This document shows positions 24,201 through 37,100 of a stretch of DNA of 64,000 bases, piece after piece; position 1 is the first letter of the stretch; each line of letters begins with the position of its first letter. The stretch is from Azolla caroliniana. Taxonomy: Eukaryota > Plantae > Polypodiophyta. The notes beneath the pieces are model-generated. The model searched no databases. It saw nothing but the letters and a program-made list of their open reading frames with translations, and was not told where the DNA came from. The stretch lies in contig JBHGNT010000006.1 of the NCBI GenBank assembly GCA_043228905.1, forward strand, positions 9,424,001 through 9,488,000. Reading direction: 5' to 3'. A program made the translations under genes and the position numbers.

Positions 24201-26070
24201 TGGACAAAGGCAAGGCGAAAATGGCGGAATACACAGACGGTCACTTCGACGACAATGAGTCAACTCACTCACTCGACAGTGAGTTCGGCGGCTTGGATGT
24301 ACCAATCGGAGCTAAGAAAGCCCTCATCTCTGCAAATGAAAAGCTCCGTCGCTCCACTTGTGAAAAGAACCCCGTAAGCCGATTCGACTACAACGATTAT
24401 ATGGTGTACCATTACGCCTTTATGATGAAGGTGGCTACAGTACGCAAGCCGGAAACTTTTTCCGAAGCAGCCAAGGATCCGCGATGGATCGAAGCCATGA
24501 ACGAGGAGATGCATGCACTACGCAAGAACGAGACATGGGATCTCGTTCCCACCTCACTATACAAAAAGGCGATCAGATGCAGATGGATTTACAAAGTGAA
24601 GTACAACGCCGACGGTTCCGTCAACCGCTACAAATCACGACTCGTAGCGAAAGGCTACGTCCAAATGCACGGAGTTGACTACGAGGAGACCTTTGCCCCG
24701 GTGGCAAAGATGACGACGGTACGAACCGTAATTGTGTTTGCCGTGGCGAAAGGGTGGCACCTCCATCAAATGGACGTCAAGAACACCTTTCTACAAGGCG
24801 AATTAGAAGAGGAGGTGTACATGATACAACCACCCGGCTTCGAATCACGCATTCATCCGAAAGTTGTGTGCTGACTCAAGAAGCCACTCTACGGCCTCAA
24901 GCAAGCACCACGTGCTTGGCATTTGAAGATAACGCAATATCTTCATCAAATCGGCTTCCGTATGTCAAAATCGGACAACTCCCTCTACATACGAAGCGAT
25001 TCCGCAAGTCTGATCGTCATTATCTTATATGTGGATGACCTAGTCATTAGAGGTGAGCATCTCGTCGAAATCAATAAGGTCAAATCCCTCCTTTCCAACA
25101 AGTTCGAGATGACGGACATGAAGGAGCTCCACTACTTTCTCGGCATCGAGGAAATTCGAACTCCGGCCAGAATCCTGATCTCTCAACGACACTACATCCT
25201 CAACTTGTTATACAAGTTTGGTATGGCTGAGTGCAAATCCGCGGCAACCCCGCTCGATCGCAATCTCAAACTAAATGCGAACTCCGGCACCAAAGCGTGT
25301 GAGTCGACTCAGTATCAGCAACTCATCAGGAGTCTCATCTACCTCACGATCACTCGACCCGATCTCAGTTATCCGGTCGGTCTTCTTAGCCAATTCATGC
25401 AAATACCGCGTGATACTCACTTGGATTGCGCTAAGCTTGAGGGGGAGTACTGAAGATATTATGCAATAACGCATGGATTCCGCAAACCGCGCACATTACG
25501 CAATAACGTGTGGATTATGCAACCACGCAACGAAGCCCCGAAGAGTCGATCTACCGCGCAAAGCCACGAAGAAAGACGCAAGCTGAAGCACAGCCTTTGC
25601 AACTACGCACAACGCAAGCTAGAGCATGGATTCCGCAATTCCACATAAATGCGAGTCGACGCGGACTCCGGAACGCGAGTCGAAGCGGATTTCGGATACC
25701 GTTTGAAACCGACCCAACTTGAGCTTGAGGGGGCGTGTGTAGAATCAAGCTCAACTTGGTCTAGTGTGTGAACTCACCTTGAGAGTGAATAAACACTCCA
25801 ACGGTCAAGAGTCACCATTATGTCACCTCTTTGTATTCTAGCATTTAGTATGAGTCATAGAATCATATTCTATGACACATAACTTATGAGCTTTCACATT
25901 CCCCATGCTCCATGAGTCTTGTAGTTAATAAGGAGAGAGGGTGACTATATAAAGCACCCTCCTCCCACCTTGTATTGTGTTGAGTCTTTCTCCTTTGTTA
26001 ATATACTTACCTTGCGTATACTCTGTGTCTTACTCCTTGTCTTTCTCTCACACACACACACACTCTCTCT

Positions 26071-26118
<48 letters not shown>

Positions 26119-26164
26119 TCACACCTATTCCGCCTCACAAGAATCCATCTCTTGATTCTTTACA
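21205..26164 (+). mobile_element. Ty1/copia family B element with both LTRs and an RNase H deletion
   Basis: 5' LTR 21205-21611; PBS TGGTATCAGAGC 21612-21623; gag 21771+; PR/INT 22578+; RT to ~25430; 3' LTR 25736-26164; TSD GTTAC/GTTAT. Confidence 0.93.
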
Positions 26165-26169
26165 GTTAT

Positions 26170-26847
26170 GTACACATAACGTAGGTGAGGGTAGGTCACT
26201 AATAATTACATAAGTGAAGGGTATGTTCACGAATGTTAAAAAGGGGACTAATGTGATTGGATAGAAGGAATGATAGGTCCATGCACTATCATGATTTGGA
26301 CAACCAATGAATGTAGCTCGCCTTTTAGAAAGACACATCTATTCAAGGGGCCTAAGAAAAGGTATAAATATGAGGCTTAGCTACCCTCATAAGGACATTA
26401 CGTTGGAAGGTTGTTGTCTTAGACACCAGTGGTGCGGGCTAGGCTTTCGTCTCGACGATCGTGTAATCTCTTCCAAGGTATTAATCATCCTAATATCCGG
26501 TGGTATGGAACGTTGGTGGTAGGTTGGCTATGTCTAGATCATAGCTCGGGGGTGGTCGGGTGGAACAGGTTTTTCTATCCAATCTATTTTCCATCTTTTA
26601 CTTTATTTTGGTCTATTGATTAATAATAGACCCTTTACAATGGGAGAGGCTTTCGTCACAAGGATCGTGTTAATCTCTTCCACGGTATTAGTCATCCTAA
26701 TATCCGACGATATGGGACGTCAATGGTAAGTTGGCTATGTCTTGATCATAGCTCGGGGGTGGTCGGGTGGAATGGGTTCTTCCATCCAATATATTTACCT
26801 TGTTTTTACCTTATTTTGGTCTATTGATTAGTCATAGACTCTTAACA
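26170..26847 (+). repeat. Remainder of the chromovirus 3' LTR with a ~205-bp tandem duplication of its end
   Basis: Resumes after the copia TSD and ends TTAACA (inverse of the TGTTA start). 26440-26639 and 26647-26847 are diverged direct copies. Confidence 0.7.
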
Positions 26848-26899
26848 ATAATTTCTCCTTCACTTTAAAATAAAAAATATCATATTGCAAGTTGACAAA

Positions 26900-27800
26900 A
26901 GGTTAGGTTTAGCCAAACATGAATAAAAGTTAGAATCTGCATTAGGAATGTAGCACCCAACTAAAAAAGTGGGTATACCATTTGACATTTTTATTTGAAG
27001 CCATATCTAACATTTATGTTCATCATTTTTTATGATCGTTTCATATTTCTCTACTTCGATCGTAATCAAACATGTCACCCCTCCTTGTTCTCTTCATTGT
27101 TTTACACTTTTTAACATCAAAGAGTGTGCATGGTAGTTGCCTAAACCTTGATTCCATTTAGTATCATGCTCCCATGTTTCAATAAGAAGTATGATATTGG
27201 ATTCATTCATCAACTCCTCTATGTTAGACCCCCCATTCAATGGGTATCTATTGCAATTCCAAAAGCCATTGTAGTAAAAGACATGAATTAGTCTCATACG
27301 TCCCTATTTAATTATCTTTACATATTTAAACACATCCTCAATCTTGTTTTTCAATTTTTCTTCACGTGTTTCATGACAAACATTTTGTTGTGAGATTGCA
27401 CGATCTTCACTCACAAAACATTGTGTACCTTTGAGGTACACCCAAATATTTCATATATGATCCTCTGATTTGTATCATCAATCATTTTGTGTACACTAAG
27501 GCTTCCTCCTAAACAAGCAGCACCATATTCCCCAACTCAATCGTGCCCCACACACATTCACATCCAACATATCATAATGCATACTAAAGAATTCCTTCAT
27601 GACCTTTTCCAAGGGATCCATCATATAAGAGAGAGAGGTAATAATGTCCAAGTGGGGAATCGAGAACATAATTCCATAACATACGTGCGATTCTTTGACC
27701 TTAGTAGTCAAGGGTTTCCCTTTTGTTGAAGAAGAAGCTCATATGTTTTCTATGTTCTTACATTATTATATAAACATTTTTAAAGAGAGCATGGTGTTTA
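26900..27800 (-). mobile_element. LINE remnant (ORF1 end and start of APE endonuclease)
   Basis: Minus strand YLKGTQCFVSEDRAISQQ (ORF1-like) followed by FWNCN..NIILLIETW (APE N-terminal motifs); heavily decayed. Confidence 0.6.
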
Positions 27801-27827
27801 TTTTTAAGGTCTACCTATACTCTTGTC

Positions 27828-28065
27828 TAGGAATTGGCAAACGGTTCAGTTTCGGCTTAACCAATTTGGCCTTGTACAGTTTTGGCTCAAACCGGCTAAG
27901 AAAGCTCAAGCTTGAACTGACATGAGGTGAACCGCAAAACCGTTAAAAAACCGGTTTGACCAATTTTGGCACTATAGAGTTTCCGCTCAAACTGGCTAAG
28001 AAAGCTAAAACCTGAACTGACCTGAGGTGAACAGCCAAACCGTTTAAAATCGGTTTGATGACTCT
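27828..28065. mobile_element. MITE/hAT-end-like fragment with a ~100-bp tandem duplication
   Basis: TAGGAATTGGCAAACGGTTC start, AAACCG/CGGTT subterminal words, two copies of GGCTAAGAAAGCT..TGAGGTGAAC..AAACCGTT. Confidence 0.45.
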
Positions 28066-28778
28066 GTTCAAACTTGAGTTGAGCAGTTGCTCACTCTTAC
28101 TCTTGTGATTCATGATATGCACCAAACAATGCAACAATTCATCCTACCATATAAATTTGAGGCACACGTCCACCTCTAGGGCATCCCTACCCTCAAATTT
28201 AGGGGCTGATTACACCCTAGGCTATTTAAATAAACACAGAGATCTTATTTTCCACCCAAGTATGTATGGAGAATTATCCAAATTTAGAGGAAGTTTGGTT
28301 TTGAAGGCATCTGAATGTAGCTAAGCCTAGTAAGAGTGGCTCTATTCAGAGCCAGATGGAGCCAATACTCTCTAGGGTAGGACCTAATCCGTGGATATGC
28401 CAATTTCTCTGGGTGGTCTGAGCAAAGTGAGTGCCCCAAACATGAGAAAAGACTGATTGTTACGCTTGGATGAGGATTTGGAATAATATGGTGACTTTGA
28501 TTAAAAAAAAACCATGTAGGTATGCAAATCATATTAAAAAGCCATGAATGGATAGGATACAGTGGATTAATTACTGGTTTCTGAGTAGATTTAAGCATGA
28601 GAATGAAGGAAGCATTCAAACACAATCAAATGATGGATGGCTGGTTCAAGAATCGGAAGATCTACTGAATATGGAGGAGAATTTTAAAAAGTTGGATTCT
28701 TTGGTAGTTACATATACATAATTGCATAATGAGAAGCGCATTATCCTGCGAAATGCTTATTGAATGAATTGAGGATGC

Positions 28779-29377
28779 TCATGGGCGACCTTCTTCTTCT
28801 TCTTCTTCTTCTTGTCTTCCTGGCCTTTCGTCTTGTCTGCCATAGCCACCATTACCTCCTCCATCTGGACCTCCATCTTCTAGTTGGTTGTTCTGTCCGC
28901 CTCCATGTCTTCCCTGGGTCCTATGACAAGAAAAGAAGAACCAGAAAATTATGTGAGCCTTTTGGAATCATGGATGGATGGATGGATGGATGGATGAGAC
29001 AAGAAGCCATATGACCACATATCTGACCACATATCTGCAGGAGATCAAACTATTTAAAATCAACAGACTCGACAAATGAAAGAAGAGACGAGAGGTGCAT
29101 ACCCAGACGAAGAATTGGGGCCTGAGGTAGACTCCTTCATTCCGTGATATTCAGAGAATGGGGGAACCCCCGCAAAACCTCTGCTCCTCACGACTACAGG
29201 GCTGGATTTGGCGTCCACATCTCCAAACACTGCTCTCAGTGCTTCTTTTGCCTGCTCTTCCTGTCTCCTTTTCTCTTTCTCTCTACTTTCTTCTTCACCT
29301 CCCCCTCTTATCTTCTCTTCTCCTTTTATCTCTACGTCTTCTTCTTTCCGATGATGCGCATAAGTTTCGTCAGCCAT
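28779..29377 (-). CDS. Two-exon gene for a small hydrophilic Glu/Gly-rich protein (138 aa), function unknown; copy 1
   Basis: GCCATGGC start; exon 1 29377-29103; GTATGC...TTTTCTTGTCATAG intron 29102-28921; exon 2 28920-28779 stays in frame (GTQGRHGGGQNN..EEEEEEEGRP*). Same structure in the paralog. Splicing is inferred. Confidence 0.65.
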
Positions 29378-31095
29378 GGCCTTTTAAGTTAAGCTTAAAT
29401 TCTTTTTGATGATCGCTGCAAAGAGAAACCCTACACAATCAAATCAAATGAAAAATCAAATTCAAATTGAACAGGATCCAAGAAAGCAGAAACCCAAGGA
29501 AAGAAGAAGAAGAAGGATTTATGAAGCCTCTCGATGATCCAGTGAGAGAGAGAGAGAGAGAGGTAGTCTTGCCTCTGTCAGTCTGTAGGTCTCTGAATGA
29601 ATGGATGGATGGATGATGAAGGTGAGTGAGGTCCAATTTAAGGAGGAAAGAAGAAGAAGGTGGGATGATCACGATTCATGATGATGATAAATCTGTGGGC
29701 GACTTACTTTTCTGTTTCAACCATCTTTCCCAACTCTCTCTGACTTTGTCTTAGAGTCCTGTCTTTGTCATGGAGTCTTCTCTTCGTTTTTTTGCTTGAC
29801 CCTTGACTTTTGAAACACACTTGTTTTCATTGACCCCACCAACACATCATACATTCACACACGCACACGCATACGCACACGCACACGCACGCACTCACAC
29901 ACACAACACACATGCACACGCACACGCACGGATGCATACGTTTGTCGAGTCTTGAGTCTTGCCCCCTTGGGTGACGATGTTCCTAAGGAATGAACAAATC
30001 TCCCTATGCCCCTATTCCTAAGTGCTTCATTTCAGGGTTGTTATCGAGTGAACAAATGACCTAAATCGACGCCCTGTGTGTATGCACCTCCAATAACTTG
30101 GCTTGTTGCCACTCCCATTAGTAATGGGTGAACAGATATTGCATAACCTTAGATATTGCATAACCTTCCTACATTCATCATTGCTATACTACATACATAC
30201 ATACATACATACATCTCCATGTGTACAAGTGTGTGTGTGTGTGTGTGTGCATGTGCATGCGTGGTTTTGGATGAATGTATAGAGACATCGAAGCTACAGT
30301 GTATAGAGAAACATCTTCTCAAACAGTTTGGCAATACAAAGAACCTAAGTTATTACAGTAGTGAATATCTCTAATTGCAAAATAAAACCTCTCAAGTGTT
30401 GTAAGACTAGATGACACAAAGGCGTTTCGTTCGAGGATTGCAACCAAGATATAACTACCAAATCACTTTTCCATTCAACCTATGCATTTGTTCGATTTGC
30501 AATTACCATCAAACGGAAACCCCTTTGTCATACTCTAATTATACTATAGACCCCGGATACCGAAGGTAGTCAAACCATTCCTTATACAATTGCTAAAGGA
30601 AAAACGCTTACCCATATTAAAAAGGGTGACCAAAATTCATGACTCCGTACCTTATATTGTGTCATAACCACCCCAATGGCTTTATCAACTGGGTAGTTAA
30701 GGAATCTTTGTCACGTTATCCTTAATCATTGTAGTGAAAAAATAAAGACCAACTCTCTCTAGACGTTAGCTTAATAGTTTATGTTATAGCATTAAAGTCA
30801 TAAAGTTGAGAGAAGCGAACTTTCATCTTGACCATATGCTATGGCCCATAACTTAGATCGCAATTATTCTCTCATGGACTTTAAAAAGATTTCCCTCTCT
30901 CTTGATAAATAGAAGATGATAATGATATTTGAAGTCCCCTCTATAAAGTAAGAACCAAAGAGATTACATATTTAAATAATATATCCGAAAGGATAGCTTT
31001 TGAATTTCTAAAGTATAGTATATTTAGTTTTTGAGTTTCTAATATAGAAGGTAGACATACATATAGGCCCCCCTCTATATATTATGATCAGGAGC
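28830..31095 (+). repeat. Segmental direct repeat, copy 1 (gene plus ~1.7 kb upstream)
   Basis: Collinear with ~57660-59685; nearly identical over exon 1 and intron, clearly more diverged upstream. Confidence 0.9.
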
Positions 31096-31631
31096 ATTTT
31101 TATTTAGGACACCCATGTGCATACCCTTCCTTGGAACCTTGCTCATAACTTCTCTATCTATCCTCCACTCAACACATCGATTGCATTCATGTTTTTAGAC
31201 TTACATTAGCTTTTTGGTTCTCTAAAATTGACGTGGATGGGATGTGGAAGTGATTTGTATTGATTATGGTTCATGTATTTCCCTTAAACAAGATTTGAAC
31301 AGGTCTTTCAAATAATGACCCTTCAAGGCATCCATGGGAAGAAATAATATGGACGTACATGAAAACAAAATGTTCACCTCTTTGTGGATGGAAACCTTGA
31401 CTAATTTTTTTATTTTTAAAGGAAGACTTTACAAGCCATTTCAATCAAACTTTCTCAAAAACAATAAAGAGGTTGTACTGATAAATTAAAGATGTGTCTT
31501 ATAAGCTATGATCGATGTAGACCTAGGACATCTCTTTTCATGTAATAAAGACAAGGTGCTCCAAGTGAGTTTTTCCCCACTCATAGATCATAAGAGATAA
31601 TAGTTTACCCATTGCTCCCTTGTGTTAGTGG

Positions 31632-31954
31632 TAACAATCGGCAATGGTTTGGTTCGGTTCGAGAGTGTCCAAACCGAACCGTTTAAATTTTTTGAAACCT
31701 GAACTGAATCGAACTGAGCCTCAAAAACATTTAAACCGAACTGTTTAGTAAAAATCCAAACCATTAATCCTAAAAATATGAGAATTAGACTTAAAAATGA
31801 AAAGATTGTCTAAAAAAATTAATTAAATTTGCAAACCATCAAACCATTAAATTGTTAAAACCAAACCAAACTGTTCACCCCAAACCGAACCATTACCGTT
31901 AAGTCACAGTTTCGCGGTTCGGTTCGGTTCAAACCGAACCGTTGTCGATTGTTA
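31632..31954. mobile_element. hAT-type MITE
   Basis: TIRs TAACAATCGGCAATGGTTTGGTT / AACCGAACCGTTGTCGATTGTTA; 8-bp TSD GTTAGTGG/GTTGGTGG; AAACCGAAC subterminal repeats. Confidence 0.85.
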
Positions 31955-34129
31955 GTTGGTGGAGTTTATATTACAATAGAGTGAAGTGAGGTACATTAAT
32001 TTGAACAAAAAATTGTGAATCCCACAACATTTACATGTTATGAACTCTTGATTTTGGTCTATCTCCTTCCTCCTCTCCATTTTATTATTAATCTTAAATC
32101 TAATCAAAGGTCATTATGGAAATATGCTCCTTTAGTAGTGAGTTCAACAATGAATAGGAAAGGGTACATTTAATTGAGAAAAACTAGAATGCCCCAAGAT
32201 TTTCTTCATTTCCCTCAATCCCAAAAGATCACTTAATTATGTGTTATTTGTGGAATTATGGGTCAATGCATACTCATTTTCTGTCTTTTTGAGGGTTAAG
32301 CAGAGAGTGCCGATAATTATTCGTAAAGGATGTACACATAAGGGAGATTTTTGTTACACATGAAGTTAGAGAATATATTGATGAAAGCTTGGCAAATGGA
32401 TTCAATTGACATTTGAGATCTCTTCTTGGCTCACCACTCACATCCATGGTCTCCTCGCGTGGTCATGGAGTTATCAATAATGACACCTGTGCTGCCTTAA
32501 TTGAAAATGTATATGGAATTATATATATATATGTATGGATCTTGTTAGTAGGAACAAGCAAGCAAAAATCAAGTAAGAGAGATGGTGTACTATTCAAGCA
32601 CAAACAAAATATACATAGAGAATAAGAGAGAAAGAGATAGTTATGCGATGATAGGCACAGAGAAAGAATGATTGCATTCAAAAACCACCGAACTTCTTTA
32701 CAAAGACTAGAACTACACTTATTTATACTTGGAGTAACGACGCCCTAACTCCAAGGAGTGTTCACACTAGGAATACAATGATTTGGGGTAGGACTTTTAG
32801 TCCAACAAACTCCCCTGTAAAAGGACTACCCTTATAGTTACAACAGATTAGGGGTAGTCTCCCCCGTAATTTTAAATTTATTACAATTAAAAGAATTTTA
32901 CAAGCTATGAAAGAATTATCCGAATCAGAGTGCTCGAGTAAGTTTGGTCATCTCCTTTGGCCCTTCGACCAGTCGACTCTTCGACTCAATGCTTGATTCG
33001 GCCCTTTGTAGCCCTTTTGTCTTTAATGACTCTTTTGGCCTTTTTAGGCCATTCGGCCCTTTCTACCTTCAACCCTTTTCTTACATCCTTTGATTCAGTT
33101 GTCCCTTTTTCTTTAGCTTGTCATAGTCCCATTTGTCTCCTTAGTGCTTTGAAGCGATGATCTAGGAGTGGCTTTGTTAGGAAAATCAGCGATGTTCACC
33201 TCGGTATCAATTTTTTGGATTTTGAGCTTCCCGAATATGATGATACCTCACCTCTATGCGTTTCGTTTTTTAGTGATATACAGGATTCCGCATGATGTGT
33301 ATTGTGCTCTATGAATCGGAGCTAGATTCACGATTCAGTTCTTGATCGAAAAGTTGACCGACATTCGTGGCAGCTAGTTCCTTGGCTACTTCAGACACGA
33401 CAATGTATTTGGCCTCTATTGTGAAGAGGGCCATACATTCATGGAGTTTTGACTTCCATGAAATCTCTCAACCTGTGTAGGTGAAGACATAGCCTCATGT
33501 TGATTTTCGATTGTCGAGATTTCCAGCATAATCAGTGCTAGTAAAGCCTTTGACTTTGGTCTGATGATTTGGACCGAATGGTAGTTGTGTATTCTCTGTT
33601 CTCCGAAGGTATTAGAGTATGTGCTTTATTGCTTCACAATGCTTCCTCTGTAGATTTGACATGTAGCGGTTGGTAGTGCCTACAACATACACAAGGTCAG
33701 GTTGGGATGGCTACCATTGCGTACATGAGTCTTCCTATTGACGATGCATAGGGGATCTTTCTCATTTGCTCTGTATCAACCTTTGTGGAGGGAGACTCTA
33801 TGTCCGATAGTCGGATCGACATTGAGAGCGGAGTCAGTGCAGGTTTCAACTTGTCCATGTTGAACCTCTTCAACACCTTTTGGATGTATTTAGGCTGGGA
33901 GAGCCGTGGGATCTTCTTCGTCCTTTCTCGCTCTATCCTCATGCCCAAAATATGTTGGGCTTCTCCAAGTTCCTTCATTGAGAATTTCTTTTGAAGTTGC
34001 CAGTTCAATTTCCCAATTTCGGCTCTATCACATCTTGCAATGAGCATGTCATCCACGTACATAGGATCAGATATATCTTGGACTCTTCGGATATTTACCA
34101 TATATACATGCATGGGCTGAGTTGGATCG

Positions 34130-37100
34130 ACTATATCTGTGACTCGCTTTCCTCTATCAAGGTTACCGTAGAGGAAGACGAGATGGTACAGGTCTGTCTT
34201 GGGGACCCGGCGTCTAAGTTCAGAGCGTTCCAAACGGCGGTGTGTACAAGGGAGAATACGCCGTCATTTTTCGACTTACAGTCAATGCTCCTTGTAGAGG
34301 AGAACCACGTTGGTGCGTCAACTAGTGCGCCCTCTGACAGCCGGATGCTGTACACGGAGGCGGATCGGTCCCGTGGGCGTGGTAGATGAGGTGGGTCGGC
34401 ACGCAATGGAGGCGGCCGGCAAGAGCAAGAACGAAGGCACAGAGAACGTGTCGACAGCAGTTCCGGGACTCCCTCAGGTAGGGGGAGTCATGGCGACACC
34501 GGAAGACGACAAGAGAAGTCAGCAACGGAATGCTGGTACTGTGGCAAAAAGGGCCACAGAGAAAGCGAGTGCTGGAGAAAACGAGCCGATTCGGATAAGT
34601 TCGGATTCGGCAAGGCCAGCAAGGATGGCCTGCAAAGCTCGCACTATGTGAAGGGATCGGGAGGATCCAAGAACGGTAACGGGACAGCCTTGGTAATGAA
34701 GCACGAGGCGAACTTGATGAAGAAGACCACTTCCAAATCGGAGGAAGTGTGGTATGTTGATTCTGGTGCGTCGAACCACATGACGAGCCACAAAAAGTGG
34801 TTCTCCTTTTTGGAGAAACCGGATCAACTAGGAGTAGTCGAAACCGGAGACGACACTCGTCACCCAATCGTGCACGTCGGAGAAGTCCCTTTGACCCACA
34901 TTGGACAGAAGGGGAAGCTGATGAACGTATTACACGTTCCAACAATCACGAAGAACCTAGTCTCGATCAAACAGATCATCGACCAAGGGATGTAGGTGCG
35001 GTTTACGCACCTTGGGTGCTTCATCAAGGAAGAGGGCCAGATTATTGCGCAAGGACACAGAGACGGGAGGATGTTTATCCTCGACACCAATGACGTTGGC
35101 ACCGTTCTATTTGCAAAAGGACAGAAGGTCGAATTGGACATCGACCTATGGCACAAGCGGATAGGCCACGTCAATTACCGAAGGCTTCAAGACCTGCAAA
35201 TGAAACAAGTTGTTTTCGGTTTGCCGAAGTTCAACGGCCGGAAGGCCCAAGTATGTGAAGCCTGCCAACTCGGGAAGCAACACTGGCTTCCATTCCCTAC
35301 CGAACGTAACCGGAGCCATAACGAGCTCGACCTAATCCATTCGGATGTGTGGGGACCGGCACAGAATGTTAGTCTTGGCGGGAGTCGATATTTCGTCTCC
35401 TTCATCGACGACTATACGCGGCACACATGGATCTACCTCATTGAGCGGAAGAGTGAATTCTTCGAGTGTTTCCGGAGTCTCCAAAGCATGGTGGAACGGG
35501 AATCGGAGAGGAAGATCAAATGCCTACGGTCGGATGGCGGGAAAGAATACTTTTCCGGCCAATTCAACAGTTATTTGCAACAAACGGGAATTCGGCGAGA
35601 GTTCAACTGCAGATACACACCGCAACAGAATGGTGTTGCCGAGAGGAAGAACCAATCGCTTATCGATGCGGTAAGGGCAATGCTGGAGGAAAAGAGCATG
35701 CCCAAATTCTACTGGGCGGAGGCAGTCCGAACGGTTGTCTACATCTAGAACCGGATCAGTGACAAGGTGTCAGCTCACGAGCTGTATTTCGGGCGGAAGC
35801 CAAATTTGAGACACCTTAAGATCTTCAGTAGCATTGCATATGTGCATGTACCGGATGAGAAGCGGAGGAAGTTGGGTGCAAAATTGGGAAAATGCATCCT
35901 AGTCGGCTATGCTCAAGAGCAAAAGGGTTATAAGTGTTATAACCCCCGGACAAGGCAGGTCCGAGTTAGTCGAGATGTCGAGTTTGATGAATTGGCATCG
36001 TGGTACTCCTTACCAACTCTGACTTCCGAATTTGAGCTGGTGCCGGAGGATGAGGCTAGTGAGCCTGAACTGGCCCAGGTAGAGGATGATGAAGCATGGA
36101 CTCAAGATGAGAGTCCGGAATCGTTCCGGCTGAGCGGGCCGAACGAGAGACTGAGTCAATCTGACCAGTCCGATCAGGAACCGACGAGTAGTGGAGACTC
36201 TGTCGTGCACTCCTCGTGCAAGGAACCGAGGAGACTGTTCACGCATAAAGAGAAGGGGAAGAAGAAGATGCCGGAATTCGAAACCGGCAACGATGAGTCG
36301 GATCAGTGTGCATCCAACTCTGGCAAGGAGAAAGGCGGATCTTCGGCAACGAAGACCAAACCGGCCAAGAAGGGCCTCAAACCGGGTAACAGTGAGTTAC
36401 GCCGGTCCACCTGCCAAAAGGATCCCGTCAAGCGGTACGGGTACAATGAGTACATGGCACATCACTATGCGTACATCACTAAGGTGGCGGAGGTGCGTGA
36501 GCCGGAGAGCTACGCAGAAGCGGCCAAGGACGCAAATTGGTGTGCCGCTATGAAGGAAGAAATGCGGGCACTTGATGTCAACAAGACATGGGACCTGGTT
36601 GACCCTCCTCGTCATTGTAAACCGATCGGATGCAAGTGGATATACAAGGTAAAGTACAATGCCGACGGTTCTGTTAACCGGTATAAAGTCCAGTTAGTGG
36701 CGAAGGGATACACGCAAACCCACGAAATCGACTACGATGAGACCTTCGCTCCTGTAGCGAAGATGACGACGGTTCGAGTGGTGCTGGCGGTTGCTGCGGC
36801 AAGGGGGTGGCATCTTCATCAGATGGATGCGAAGAATGCATTTCTTCACGGTGATCTTGAAGAAGAAGTCTTCATGACTCAGCCTCTCGTTTTTCAATCG
36901 GAGATGAACAAGTCAGCGGTATGCCGGCTGAAGAAGTCATTGTACGGCCTGAAGCAAGGCCCTCGAGCTTGGAATGCGAAGATCACGCACCGGTTGCGTA
37001 AGATGGGGTTTGTGGCCTCCAAATCGGACTCTTCATTGTTCATCCGGCAAGGCTCAGCCGGTCCGGTATGTATACTGCTGTATGTTGATGATCTAGTCAT

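Noticed and set aside
29060-29102. Unspliced C-terminus YAPLVSSFICRVC of the 105-aa ORF
   Set aside because: It begins at a GTATGC donor with a matching acceptor and in-frame exon 2 in both paralogs, so it is more likely intron. Intron retention cannot be excluded.
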